Of a stretch of DNA of 64,000 nt, positions 50,575 to 63,520 are shown piece by piece. A program made the position numbers and the translations under genes. The number at the start of each line of letters is the position of its first letter. Within the stretch, counting starts at the first letter, position 1. Source of the DNA: the human T2T-CHM13v2.0 reference genome, Homo sapiens; the NCBI RefSeq assembly GCF_009914755.1, contig NC_060936.1. One strand, written 5' to 3'. The notes under the pieces are model-generated. The model was not told where the DNA came from and did not search any database. It worked only from the letters and a program-made list of their open reading frames with translations.

Positions 50575-51045
<471 letters not shown>

Positions 51046-51179
51046 TGAATGTGCCAGTTTTAGTAGGCATTCTTCTGCTAAGCTAAAAGGTAGTACGGTC
51101 AAGTGGTTAAGTGCCTGGGCTTTGGATGGCCAGTGAATCTTCTTATTTCTAGTCCCAGCTTTAACTGCATAAAGTATTA

Positions 51180-51565
51180 TTCATACATTCATTCAACTAA
51201 TATTTATTGAATGTCTACTATAGAGTGGAGTTATTACATCCACTCTGCAGAAGGAGGTGGGTGCAATGGAAGTATAGCCACTGGAGAATACCATTGTGAA
51301 TGAAATGGATAAAATCTCCTCCCTTCCTTATGGGGACATAAACTAAACACATAAATAAAATGTATAGTTATGCCAGGATAATGATAGATCCTAAAGAGAA
51401 AATTAAAGCAACGTTGGGACCAGGGAGTGCTGGGAAGGCATGGATGGTGGCGGTGGTGGAGGTTGGGTTGCCTTTTAAATAGGGTAGACAGAGAAGGCCT
51501 CTCTGTGAAGGGGACATTTCAACAAAGAGCTGAAGGAAGTGAGGCATTTGCCTTGGACACATTGT
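51180..51565 (-). mobile_element. L2 3' fragment
   Basis: cattcattcaactaatatttattgaatgtctacta...agagaaggcctctctg..gacatttcaacaaagagctgaagg. Confidence 0.7.
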
Positions 51566-51584
51566 TTAACTTCTCTTAATCTTT

Positions 51585-51940
51585 TCGTGTTTCATTGAAT
51601 CTAAGATGCCGTTGATAAGTGTAAGATGTACAATTATATTGAGTCATTCAGAGAAAGAATATATGTAGCCAATTAAACTATGACACAGTGTTGTCTTAAA
51701 ATGTGTAACATTTATTTTTTATACTTATTGAAAAAGCTCCTTTAGGCTTATAGATAGCTATTATGTATTATTCCTGCACATACATAAGAAAGGAGAATAT
51801 AAGAAAAAACAAATTGGTTAAGATATTCTCGAATCCATTGTGCATTTATTTAGACCCAGCTCTTTTGAATAATTTGTGACTTAGTATCATGGATGTCCAT
51901 GCCTTTTCCCCCCACACAATATTATCCTCTGTGCCCATAG
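51585..51940 (-). mobile_element. TcMar-Tc2 (Kanga/MER104-related) DNA transposon 3' end
   Basis: TIR-like cgtgtttcattgaatctaagatgcc; minus strand encodes GTEDNIVW, like the pogo/Tc2 transposase C-terminal motif. Confidence 0.65.
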
Positions 51941-52824
51941 TCTTCTGGAGGTCACCTGTGTCACTGAAGTTGGAAGCTTGAAGGTGGAGAGGGACAGATA
52001 GGGGTTCCTGTGCCTCTCCATGGGTCCCAGTTTGTCCTTGCTCTTTCCTGTTTTATGTCCATCTTTCTTTCGGGATGACTTGCTCTGCCGTCCCGGAGTC
52101 TAACACCAGATTCAGAAGTAAAGTTGTCTGTAAACTCTTTAACCAGTTCCTGAAATTGCATGAGATAAAATCCCTTTAATAATACCTTATTCTGCATCCC
52201 TCCTCGTGGTTCTGCTCTTCTGATTGAATACAGACCAACACATATTTTGGTGCCAGGTGGGGAGCTGCCATAACAAAGCCTAAAATATGTGGCAATGGTT
52301 TTGAGACTGAATGACAAACAAAAGATAGGTCTTGAAGAGTCTGTTAGTAGAAGACTGATGGCTTTGGAGGAGGTTGTTGGTGAGGGCTTAGAGAAGAACG
52401 AGGAAATGGTATTAAAAGCTGGAGGAAAGGGGACCCATGTTCTGCAATGATGGAAAGTTTAACACCAGTATTGCCTATGGTGATGTGGAAAGCAGAAAAT
52501 AAACCTAATGGCCTAGTGGATTTAGCTAAGGAGAGTTCCCGGAAGAATGTTGAAAGTGTCAACTGGTGGCTTATAACTACATATGGTAAGAACAAAAATA
52601 CAGATACATGATTTTAAAAAGAATAGTTTAATTTTCAAGAAAAATTTGGAGGAAATACAAAGAAACCAGGGCTTGCTGGGTTTACAGATGGCAAAGATCT
52701 GGCAAATTAAAAATAGCCTTAGGCCAAAGATCAAACCCAAGGTGGGCTTATAAGATCCTTTGTTGAGACCTTAGAAAGACTGGAGTACCTTCTGAACAGT
52801 CAGATGGCCTTCTGGCGTCTAAAA

Positions 52825-53410
52825 AGTTGTGAAAGACAGTGTGGGGATTCCTCAAGGAACTGGAACTGGAAATACCATTTGACCCAGCCATCCCATTACT
52901 GGGTATATACACCCAAAGGATTATAAATCATTCTACTATAAAGACACATGCGCACGTATGTTTATTGCGGCACTGTTTGCAATAGCAAAGACTTGGAACC
53001 TACCCAAATATCCATAAATGATAGACTGGATAAAGACAATGTGGCACATATACACCATGGAATATTATGCAGCCATGAAAAAGGATGAGTTCATGTCCTT
53101 TACAGGGACATAGATGAAGCTGGAAATCATCATTCTCAGCAAACTAACACAAGAACAGAAAACCAAACACTACATGTTCTTACTCGTAAATGGGAATCAA
53201 ACGATGAGAACACATGGACACAGGGAGGGGAACATCACACACCGGGACCTGTTGGAAGGTGGGGGGCTGGGGGAGGGATAGCATTAGAAGAATACCTAAT
53301 GTAGATGATGGGTTGATAGGTGCAGCAAACCACCATGGCACATGTATACCTATGTAACAAACATGCATGTTATTCACATGTACCCCAGAACTTAAAGTAT
53401 TAAAAAAAAA
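52825..53410 (+). mobile_element. 5'-truncated L1PA (about L1PA6-8) inside MLT1-int
   Basis: gaaataccatttgacccagccatcccattactggg...cccagaacttaaagtat plus poly-A. Confidence 0.92.
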
Positions 53411-54277
53411 GAGTATGTCCTGTAAATCCTCTCTTTTAAACAACAATGTGTCTAAAAATCTTAAAGTTATTGCTACTCGGAGATCCCGTAGGGAGCAAGA
53501 AAGGAAAAGATTTATTGTGGAGATATTTGTAGTTGTTATTTTGTTTAATGGAGTGAGCCCCAATAAGATTAATAGGAAACTCATAGCACTTTAAAGATAA
53601 TTATACTGATGGAAACACCATCAGTTTAGACTAAATGGGTCAGAGACCATATAAAGCAAAAAGAAGTGTTTGAATCCCCAGACTACTATAGGCAGGAAGC
53701 AGGCTAAAGAAACTACTCAGTTGCAAACACTATACATTTCTTATGGAAAAAGGATGGCTCAGAAGGCAGAGCCAAGAGCCAAGAGTATAGAGCCAAGAGA
53801 CACGAAGAATCATTCCCAGGCAGCTGGATGGAGCTCTAATTGAGACACCGGCAACATATGCCCAGTTGGGCTCCAGAAATGCTGTGAACCATTGTGTGCC
53901 TCCCGCTTCTCTCCTTTTAAAATGTCTAACAATATGCCTGCCTCACCATTGTAGGTTGGGTATGTTGGTGGGGGGGGGATATATTGCCTCTTTTTAATTT
54001 AATTTTTCCAAAGTTTAAATGGCTGATGGATACATTGCTTCTTGAGTTCACAGGTCTCTGGATCAGGAGAAGTGCACTCAAGGAGCTGTACTTGTGGAAT
54101 TTCAGCTGAGGAGCCTGACCTATATTTGAACTTGATTTAGACAAAGGGATCCTGGAACAGCCTGATGCCATTCTAAATGATATTTACAGGGGTCCTTGTG
54201 GGGTGGAGGTGAGTGTTTGTTGCATGTGGGTTGAATATATAGTATTTGTGCCATGAGTGCAAGCTAAAGTGGTTTTA

Positions 54278-54347
54278 TTCTTTCTCTATTTATTTAGAGA
54301 TGGAGTCTCGCTCTGTTGCCCAGGCTGGAGTGCAGTCATGCAATCTC
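54278..54347 (-). mobile_element. Severely 5'-truncated Alu (~70 bp including tail)
   Basis: TSD agtggtttta (54268-54277, 54348-54357). Confidence 0.85.
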
Positions 54348-55431
54348 AGTGGTTTTAAACATGTCCACACATTCTTTCACACTCTTGTGATCAAGAGATG
54401 AAGTCTATATTTCCTGTCCTTACATCTGGGTGGGCCCTTGTGACCATGTTGATGAATAGAATGCAGTGGAGGTGACACTGTGTGATTTCCAAGACTAGGT
54501 TAGGACAGAAAGCCAAGGCAGCATCTGCCAGCTTCCCTGGGGACACAACATTCGGGACTCATGGTTCTTGCCCATGTGGTCCTGACATGATTGACTGCAG
54601 TGTTGAAACGGTGCTGTTGTCTGCTCAGGCCATAAGGAAAACCAATCAAGTTTGCTTCTCCGCAGGTGATATCCATTATATCCCAACCACCAAATGATTT
54701 ACATGATGATGGGATGCCATTGATTCCAAGACCCACAACAATATAATAAATGTAACAGATTGCAACTTGGGATGATGATCTCAGCCGTAAAGTGGGAATA
54801 ATGGTGTCTATCTGTGGTGTGGAGGGAGTCCCCAACACAGCCCAGGCCCAAGATAGACTATCAGTAAGCAGGGGCTGCCAGCACAGAGGTATATTATTAC
54901 ATCGACTCTGCAGAAGGAGGTGGGTGCAAGGTAGTGAGTCAGATGCCAGGCGTAGAGACTGCAGGGAAAGGAAGAGAAAGCCAGAGCAGAGAGAGGAGGC
55001 CCGAGGAAATGGCTCAGCTAATGCAACGACAGGACCTCATGAAAAGCAATGTGTCAGAAATGCCTTGGTTACTCAAGTGAAAAAATCAAATTAAACTTTG
55101 CATTTGGGAGTGGGGCTGCTCCAGGCCAGGAAACCAGGAAACAACGTCAGCTTGACTGGGAAAGTCTGCTGTGCTCCCTCAGCCCCAGCAAAGCCAGGAG
55201 CTGCCAGGGAGGCCTGCTGTGCTCTCCTAGGGCTGCTCTCTGTCTCGGACTTGATGTTTGAACATCTCATGTGGTTCTGTGTGATAACAGCTGTCCCTTT
55301 TTCTGTCTGTGGGTGGAGCCCCTTTCTTCTCCTAGAGAAGAGGTCTTGTTTATTCCAGACTTCTTCATTCCTCAGAGAAAGTCAAGAGAGTTGCATGAAA
55401 GCAGCAAAGAAGGACTGTGATTAACATTTTA

Positions 55432-55962
<531 letters not shown>

Positions 55963-56093
55963 CAGAAAGCAGATCTTTAAAGGAACTCTGGCGCAATCAT
56001 TTTGGACAGCATTTTTGCAACACACAATAAAGCTAAAGAAACATGGGCACTTAGTATGTCCTAGCAATTCCACTCATTGGTATATCCCTAGAG

Positions 56094-56259
56094 AACTGCT
56101 TCTCAAACTTCAATGGGGAGATGAAGAAACTGGAGATCTTATTAAAATATAGATTCTGATTCAGGAGGTCTGGGATGGGGCCACAGAGTCCGTATTTCTA
56201 ACCAGCTCACAGGTGAGGCTGATGCCCCTATTTCTCTGATCACACTTTAAATAGTGAGG
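56094..56259. mobile_element. MER5A-like hAT element
   Basis: ttctcaaact...agattctgattcaggaggtctgggatggggcc..tttctaaccagctcacaggtga. Confidence 0.8.
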
Positions 56260-56267
56260 CCCTAGAG

Positions 56268-56529
56268 AACTGTTTTCTAAACTTTTTCTTTTGGCTGTGA
56301 CTGCCAGTAAGAAATATATTCTACATTGCAATCCAGTACATTCTTATCTATAATTGAAACAAAAGTTTTATGAAGCAATACTAACCCTTGGTATATGACG
56401 CGCTTAATATTAATCTTCTCTTTTGAAAATAAAACCTCAACAAAAAACAACAAAGCAATGCTGACCATAAAGCCACCAGAATGATTTTATTATTCACTAG
56501 TGGGTCTCAACCACAATTTGAGAAACAGA
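56268..56529. mobile_element. hAT-Charlie (Charlie4-like) element
   Basis: gtaagaaatatattctacattgcaatccagtac..gaaacaaaagtttt..cactagtgggtctcaaccacaatttgagaaaca. Confidence 0.6.
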
Positions 56530-57135
56530 ACCTAGAGAAATTCTCATAAAGTACAGACCAGGAGACATGAAGTTTCACTGATGCATTGTTTGTAATAACA
56601 AAAGAATTGGAAAAAAAACAAAACAAAAACCCAAAATGTCTATCCATAGGACAGTATATCAATACATCTGTGATCTATGCACACAGCAGAATAGTGAAAA
56701 TGAATGAATTTGAACCACATAAATCAGCGTGTATCTTGAAAACGATGTAAAGTAAAAATTCAAAGCATCCTTTGGCAAAGCATATGTGTTTTAGGACACC
56801 AAGTATACACAGTTTAGGAAGAGGTAAGAGAATTCTATTTGTTACTTAGGAAGTCATACATTTGTAGTAAAGGTATAAAAGCTCATAAGGGAATTATTAA
56901 CACCAAATTCAGGACAGTGTTTGCCTCTTGTGGGGAGAGCGGAATGGGATTGGGGTGCCGTGGGGCTTCATTAGTATTTGTAAAGCTACATTTCTCAAGA
57001 TGGGTGATGAGTTCATGGTGCTCATTATATTAGCCCCTATCCTTTTTTTTGCAGGCATGAGTCATTTCATAGTAATTACAATTTTAAAAAGAAAGTGAAA
57101 GAACGGGAGTTCTTGGGTTTAAATCTGTAGGGGAT

Positions 57136-57600
57136 TGTATTCGTTTCCTAGAGTTAGCATACATTACTAAAAACTTAGTGGCTTAAAACACTGGAAATTT
57201 GTTATTTCACAGTTTTGATGTCCAAAAGTGTGAAATCAAGGTGTATTAGTAGGGTTGGAGGCTCTGGAGGCGCCAAGGGAGAATTGGTTGCAAGCTTCTC
57301 TTGCAGCTTCTGGTGACTGGCAATGCTCAACATTCCTTGGAGAGGGGATTCATAACTCTAGTCTCTGCCTCCATGTTGACATGGCCTTCCCTCTGTGTCT
57401 TCAATCTCCCTCTCCTTCCTCTTGTAAGGACAACAAGCATTGGATTTAGGCTCCACCCTAAATCCAGTATGATCTCATCTGGAGATCCTTAACTTAATTA
57501 TATCTGCAAAGACTCCATTTCCAAATATGTTCACATTCACAGGTACTACGGGTTAGGTGTTAGACATATCTTTTCAGGGGACAAAATTCCACCCACTATA
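57136..57600 (-). mobile_element. MLT1B/C-like LTR
   Basis: tgtattcgtttccta..aaacttagtggcttaaaaca...cttaacttaattatatctgcaaagac...cacccactata. Confidence 0.82.
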
Positions 57601-57660
57601 GGGGTAGAAACTTGTCCATTCAACTCTTTGCTCTCAATATTATCATGATTTTTTGCTTAT

Positions 57661-58052
57661 GCAGGATTTCTCAACCTTGGCACTGTTGACATTACGGATT
57701 GAATAATTCTTGGTTATGGGGGGCTTTCCTGTGCCCTGAAGGATGTTTAGTAGCATCCGTGACCTCTACCCATTAGATGCTAGTTGCACCCCATGCCCAC
57801 CAGTTGTAGCAACCAAAAATGTCTCCACACATTGCCATATGTCTCCCGGGGGTAGGGCCAAGATAAGATACATTATCCTCAGTTAAATGTGAATTTCAGA
57901 TAAACAATGAAAAAATTTTTAGTATACTGCAAATATTGCATGGGACATACTTATATTAAAAATTATTCATTGTTTTCACTGGGTAGCCTGTTGTTGCATT
58001 GAATCTGGCAAACCTGCTAGAGGGCAAATTTACCCCTGGTTTAGAATCACTG
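57661..58052. mobile_element. MER20 with a nested MER53
   Basis: tttctcaaccttggcactgttgacatt...aaccaaaaatgtctcca...gggcaaatttacccctggtttagaatcactg. Confidence 0.85.
57853..58016. mobile_element. MER53 palindromic hAT element
   Basis: cagttaaatgtgaatttcagataaacaa..aaatattgcatgggacatacttata..tctggcaaacctg. Confidence 0.8.
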
Positions 58053-58734
58053 GTTAAGAACCATCGTTACAAATTCATATTCCTGGATTGCTTACTCTGT
58101 GCCCACAACTATGCTAAGTTCTGTCCATGACTTATTGAATTTACGTTTTGCAGAAACTCTGAGAAACAGGTGGTATAATTATCTCCAGCAAATAAGTAGA
58201 AGGGTTAAGTTTTGAACCCAAATCAGTGTTTTCAAGTTGGGTAGGGATAGGGGGGTGACTGCTTGGCAAGCTGTGAACGCATTGTGTGCTTGGGGGAAAA
58301 TGGTGCTGATGTCTAGACCATCATAGTGAGAGGTACTAGGTTAGAGAGAATGAGAACTGCAAAAGGGGGAGGGCTAGAAGAGAAGGTGGGAGGGTCTAGG
58401 AGGAGCTGCTTGTTGAAGATGGGATATTATGGGTGATCCTGGGTTGTGAGATCTTTTACCAAGAGGAGAAGCCACTGAGTTGCGAGCTACGAAGGGAAGG
58501 TCACAGTGTTTGGCAGACCTGGATTGGAATGTTGGTTCCACCACTCAGCATGGCCTTGGGTAGATGTTGTAGAGACAACAGTATTTGACATTTGTGCACT
58601 TCGTGTGTGCCAGTCCTGCTTTAAGTGCCAGCCCTACATTATCTCATTTAATCCTCAGAGGATGCCCTTAGGGTAGGTCATTTTACAAATGAGGATGCCA
58701 AGGTTTAAGAGAGGTTAAGAAATGTGCCCCATAT

Positions 58735-59560
58735 TGCAGGACCACTCTCCAGGTGGTCTTAGACCAACCCATTTCTCACTGGGAGATACACCATGGAATA
58801 CTATGCAGCCATAAAAAAGAATGAGATCATGTCTTTTGTGGGAACGTGGATGGAGATGGAGGCTATTATCTTTAGGAAACTAATGCAGGAAAAGAAAACC
58901 AAATACTGCATGTTCTCACTTATAAGTGGAAACTAAATGATAAGAACTTACGAACAAAAGAAGGAAACAGCAGACACTGGGGTCTGCTTGAGGGTGGGAG
59001 GAGGAAGAGGAGCAGAAAAGATAACTATTGGGTGCTGCACTTAATACCTGGGTGATGAAATAATAGGTACAACAAACCCCCGTGACATGTGTTTAGCTAT
59101 GTAACAAACCTTCACATGTACCCCGAACCTAAAATAAAAGTAAAAAAAAAAAAAAAAAAAAAAGAATAATTGTAGAATGCACTGGGAATGCAACATCTTG
59201 AGAGAGGGCAGGACTGGCCTCAACAGTTTAGTCTCTGCTCCAGACTTCTAGAAATAGTATATCCTTCAATGTTCTAGTGCAGTGCATTCTTTTCCCTGCG
59301 GGGTATAAAGCCCAGGGCAGGCTGCTTCCTGGGGTCCTTCAACTGTGGTGCAAATGGGGCATATACAGATAAGATTCCATCTGCCCTGGGTGGCGTTCCT
59401 GAACCTTGGGGGCCTGGCTCACCATGAATCCTCAGCTTCTGTTGTCCCTTGCTGCCTATCTGTAAGTAATTAACCTGCTTCATGCAACTTGTTGGTGTGA
59501 GTGTTGTGTCTCACCAGACTTAGGCAACTGGTAGTTAGCACACAGTGAACCTGCTTCACA
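58735..59560 (+). mobile_element. ERVL LTR (LTR42-like) inside a MIR, interrupted by an L1
   Basis: tgcaggacc..ctccaggtggtcttagacc...cacagtgaacctgcttcaca; TG..CA ends; 5-bp TSD catat/tatat. Confidence 0.72.
58786..59165 (+). mobile_element. 5'-truncated older L1PA (about PA11-13) 3' end
   Basis: caccatggaatactatgcagccataaaaaagaatgag...gagcagaaaagataactattggg...poly-A. Confidence 0.88.
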
Positions 59561-59591
59561 TATATCATGAGCTAGTGAGCGGCAGAGCTAG

Positions 59592-60033
<442 letters not shown>

Positions 60034-60929
60034 CCCCTCTTATAGTTGTTCTTAAGACTAAATGAGTGAGTCTAAATCATAGGGCCTTCCACAGAGTTAT
60101 TGACACTTATTTTTATTAAGGGAGGGGGAGGAGCCTGAAGCTGTCATCCCTCCTGCCCTCCTCACAAGATATGTGTGTTTATCAGGGACAGTATCTCATT
60201 CATCTTTTTCACTTCATTTTTAAACTAAGGTACAATGAGCACTTACTATATTCCAGGCACGGTTCTAGACCCTAAGCATGCAGTTACAACTAAGACACAA
60301 TTGCTATCATTAGAGTTTAGCGTTTCCCCACCAGGCCTGGAGCCCACAGTAGGCCCACAAGAAATACATGCTGAATGAATGAATAAAAGAACCCAGAGAA
60401 CAAATGGGTTCTGCCTTCCCAACAGAGGTATGGATTCAGCTGTGAGAATTGCCAGGGGCTGGTCCTGGGATAATGGATTAGCATTGTCTTCCATTAAGGG
60501 TGATTTCACCCATCTGAAGGATGGAGATAATAATATATTCCTTGCAAGGCTGTTGGGTGGCTTAATTAACTAATATATATAAAGTGCCTTCAAAGCCACA
60601 GATGAAAAGCAAGGTAAAAATGCCTTGCGCTATTGGTATTAATAATTTACTGTACCCCTGTGCTGGGTCTTTTAGATGTGTTTCTTGTACTTCTTGAAAA
60701 AGTAGCACCTAGTTTTGAGATAATTAAAGCCTAGATAAAGATCATCTACTTTTCGAGTGGAGCAAAAACAAGCCCTTTTTCCTCTTTGCTTGGCTGCTGC
60801 GTTTTCCTTGTATTCAGGTAAGCTGAGATTTTCTTTGTATCTATCATTTAAGGCAGGCATTTTAGCTTAAAATCTTCCTGGGGCCTCATCTGGGCCTATG
60901 AAATTGTTAGAAGGGCCCCAAGAGCATCA

Positions 60930-61054
60930 GCATAATTAACTGTAGATTTGCATGCAATTTGCATATTATTTGCATGCCTGTCTTGGTCTGCAAGGTTATA
61001 CATTACTTGACTTCCAAAAGCTTTGTCATTTCTGTTTATATCATCACGGAAGTG
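60930..61054. promoter_or_regulatory. Candidate POU-factor enhancer (triple octamer)
   Basis: ATTTGCAT at 60946, 60957 and 60968; GCATAATTAA 60930; CTTTGTC 61021; ACGGAAGTG 61046. Confidence 0.5.
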
Positions 61055-61159
61055 GCAAAGATCTCAGCTCATACTAGGTACTCATTCCTCCAGAACCATT
61101 TTAGGGATAGGGGAAAGGACATTTGTTAGAACTTTCCACGTGATTGCAAACTGGTCAAT

Positions 61160-61340
61160 CCACTGGTTCTCAAGTTTGCTGTACTCTGGAAGCACCCAGG
61201 GAACTAAAAAATACTGATGCCTGTGCCCCATGCTCAGAGATTATGGTGTGATTGTTGTGGGGATGTGGGCAGCCTTAGCACCAGGAGCTTCACAACTTCT
61301 CCAGGTGATTCCAAGGTGCAGCAAAGACTGAGAACTACTT
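61160..61340. mobile_element. MER5B-like hAT element
   Basis: ctggttctcaagtttg..aaaaaatactgatgcctg..ctccaggtgattccaaggtgcagcaaagactgagaactact. Confidence 0.78.
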
Positions 61341-62035
61341 ATTTCATCCTCATAACAAACCCAGGAAGTGGTGCTCTCCAACCCATGTTCAAGGTGTGGA
61401 AACTGAGATTTAGAGAGTTAGGAGAAAGTCATTCATTATTATTAATGTTCATAGCTGATCATTCTTACGCACCAAATTCTGTGCTAAGCACATTGCGTGT
61501 TTAATTCTTACAATGACTCTTTCAGTCAGAGATTAATAGATTGCTTTTACAGACGACCAGATGGAGGCACAAAAAGCAGATAATCTGCCCAAGTTCTCCC
61601 AATTGGCAAGAGACCACCTACAGGGGAGAAAAGACTGCATGGAGGAGGATGACACTGTGTTGGGATTTGAATTTTGGTTCAAACCTTATACAGGATCCAG
61701 CTTGGATATTCCTTGAGGATCCTAGGTTTTGTTTCTCCATGCTTAGCATAGAGCTGGGTTCTTGGCAAGCACCTAGAAAATACTAAGGGGTGGCATGGAG
61801 TAATTAGGGCCAAAGAGTGGATGCTCCAGGCAATAAGGAGTAAGACTTTTTCACTTGGTGGGCCTGTACTCTCCCACCTTCTAATATTTATCGAGCTCTG
61901 TTCCAGAGACACAGGACAGGCAAGGGATATTACATAGCATCCATCATTTGGCAGCCAATATTGGAGTTTTGAATTGGCCTGCAGAAGTCGGGTAGTGCTG
62001 TTTTTTCCCTGTAAAATAAACTGAAGGTGATGTGA

Positions 62036-62401
<366 letters not shown>

Positions 62402-62550
62402 TGTTATTTATTTATTTGGAGGGCTTTTTTCCCCCTTCTTATGTGGGAGGTGGTAAGAGGAAGGGAATTTTATCGTGTTCATCCAGCCAAATGTGCTCCC
62501 AAATGGAGTGGTTTGGTGCCATGCCATTCAAATATAAATTTGTTCATTCA

Positions 62551-62850
62551 GCTGGGTGCGGTGGCTCATGCCTGTAATCCCAGCACTTTGGGACACTGAG
62601 GCAGGCAGACTACTTGAGGTCGGGAGTTTGAGACCAGCCTGGCTTACATGGTGAAACCCCGTCTCTACTAAAACTACAAAAATTAGCTGGGTGTGGTGGT
62701 GGGCGCCTGTAATCCCACTACTCGGGAGGCTGAGGCAGGAGAATCGTTTAAACTGGGAGGCGGAGGTTGCAATAAGCCAAGATTGCACCACTGTACTCCA
62801 GCCTGGGTGACAGAGCAAGACTCCATCTCAAAAATAAAAATAAATAAATT
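62551..62850 (+). mobile_element. Alu (AluS) in an L2 tail
   Basis: Full dimer; TSD-like aaattygtt. Confidence 0.94.
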
Positions 62851-63520
62851 CGTTAATTTAATACTTTTTGAGCTCCTGCCAGGTGCCAGGCACTATTGTA
62901 GATGATGGGGACACATTAAAAAATCCAGGGCGACCTGAATGATGAGAAGCAGCAAGTCACGTATAGATCTGGAGGAATAATGTTCCAGGCAGAGGGAACA
63001 GCCAGTGTAGAGCCTGAGATGGGAATGAGCCTGGGGGTAGGGGGAGTTAAGGAACAGCAGGATATAATGTGGCTCACAGAGGATGAAGTGGGGAGAGGGT
63101 CAGAGAGGTGGGTAGGAGGAAGATCACACCATGCCCTGTCACCATAAGGCATTTGAATGTTACTCTGAAGGACATAGGAAGCCATTGGATGATTTTAAGC
63201 AGGGAAGCGACATAATCCGACATATTTTTGAAGGATCACTCTGGCTGCTGTTGGGAGAATAGAGGGGACAGGAGTAGAAGCCTGGAGCTGAGTTAGGAAG
63301 TGTTGAAACAGTCCAGGTGAGAGATGGTGGCCGTTTGAACCAGGGGGTAGCAATGGAAATGGTTAGACGTGGATGCACTTGGCATGGGCAGCTTGCAGAA
63401 CTTGCTGATTCATTTACAGTTTTGATTGAGAAAAAGAGAGGAATCAAGGTTGACTCCTGCCTTTTCAGCCAGAATAGACTGAAGCATTATCCCCTATAAT
63501 GGAAAAGACTGAAGGAGACA
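62850..63520 (-). mobile_element. L2 fragment
   Basis: ttccaggcagagggaacagc...ggaagccattggatgattttaagcagg..aggatcactctggctgctg..gtccaggtgagagatggtgg. Confidence 0.82.

Larger units (their letters stand above)
51940..54570 (+). mobile_element. MaLR provirus remnant: LTR tail, MLT1-int, and MLT1F/G-like LTR start
   Basis: tattttggtgccaggtggggagctgccataacaaagcctaaaatatgtggc (int start ~52232); gtggttttaaacatgtccacacattcttt..gaatagaatgcagtggaggtgacactgtgtgatttcc (3' LTR). Confidence 0.7.
55990..57100 (+). mobile_element. L1ME-type fragment interrupted by two hAT elements
   Basis: cctagcaattccactc..ggtatatccctagagaa | ctagagaaattctc..cactgatgcattgtttgtaata..aattggaaa. Confidence 0.65.
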
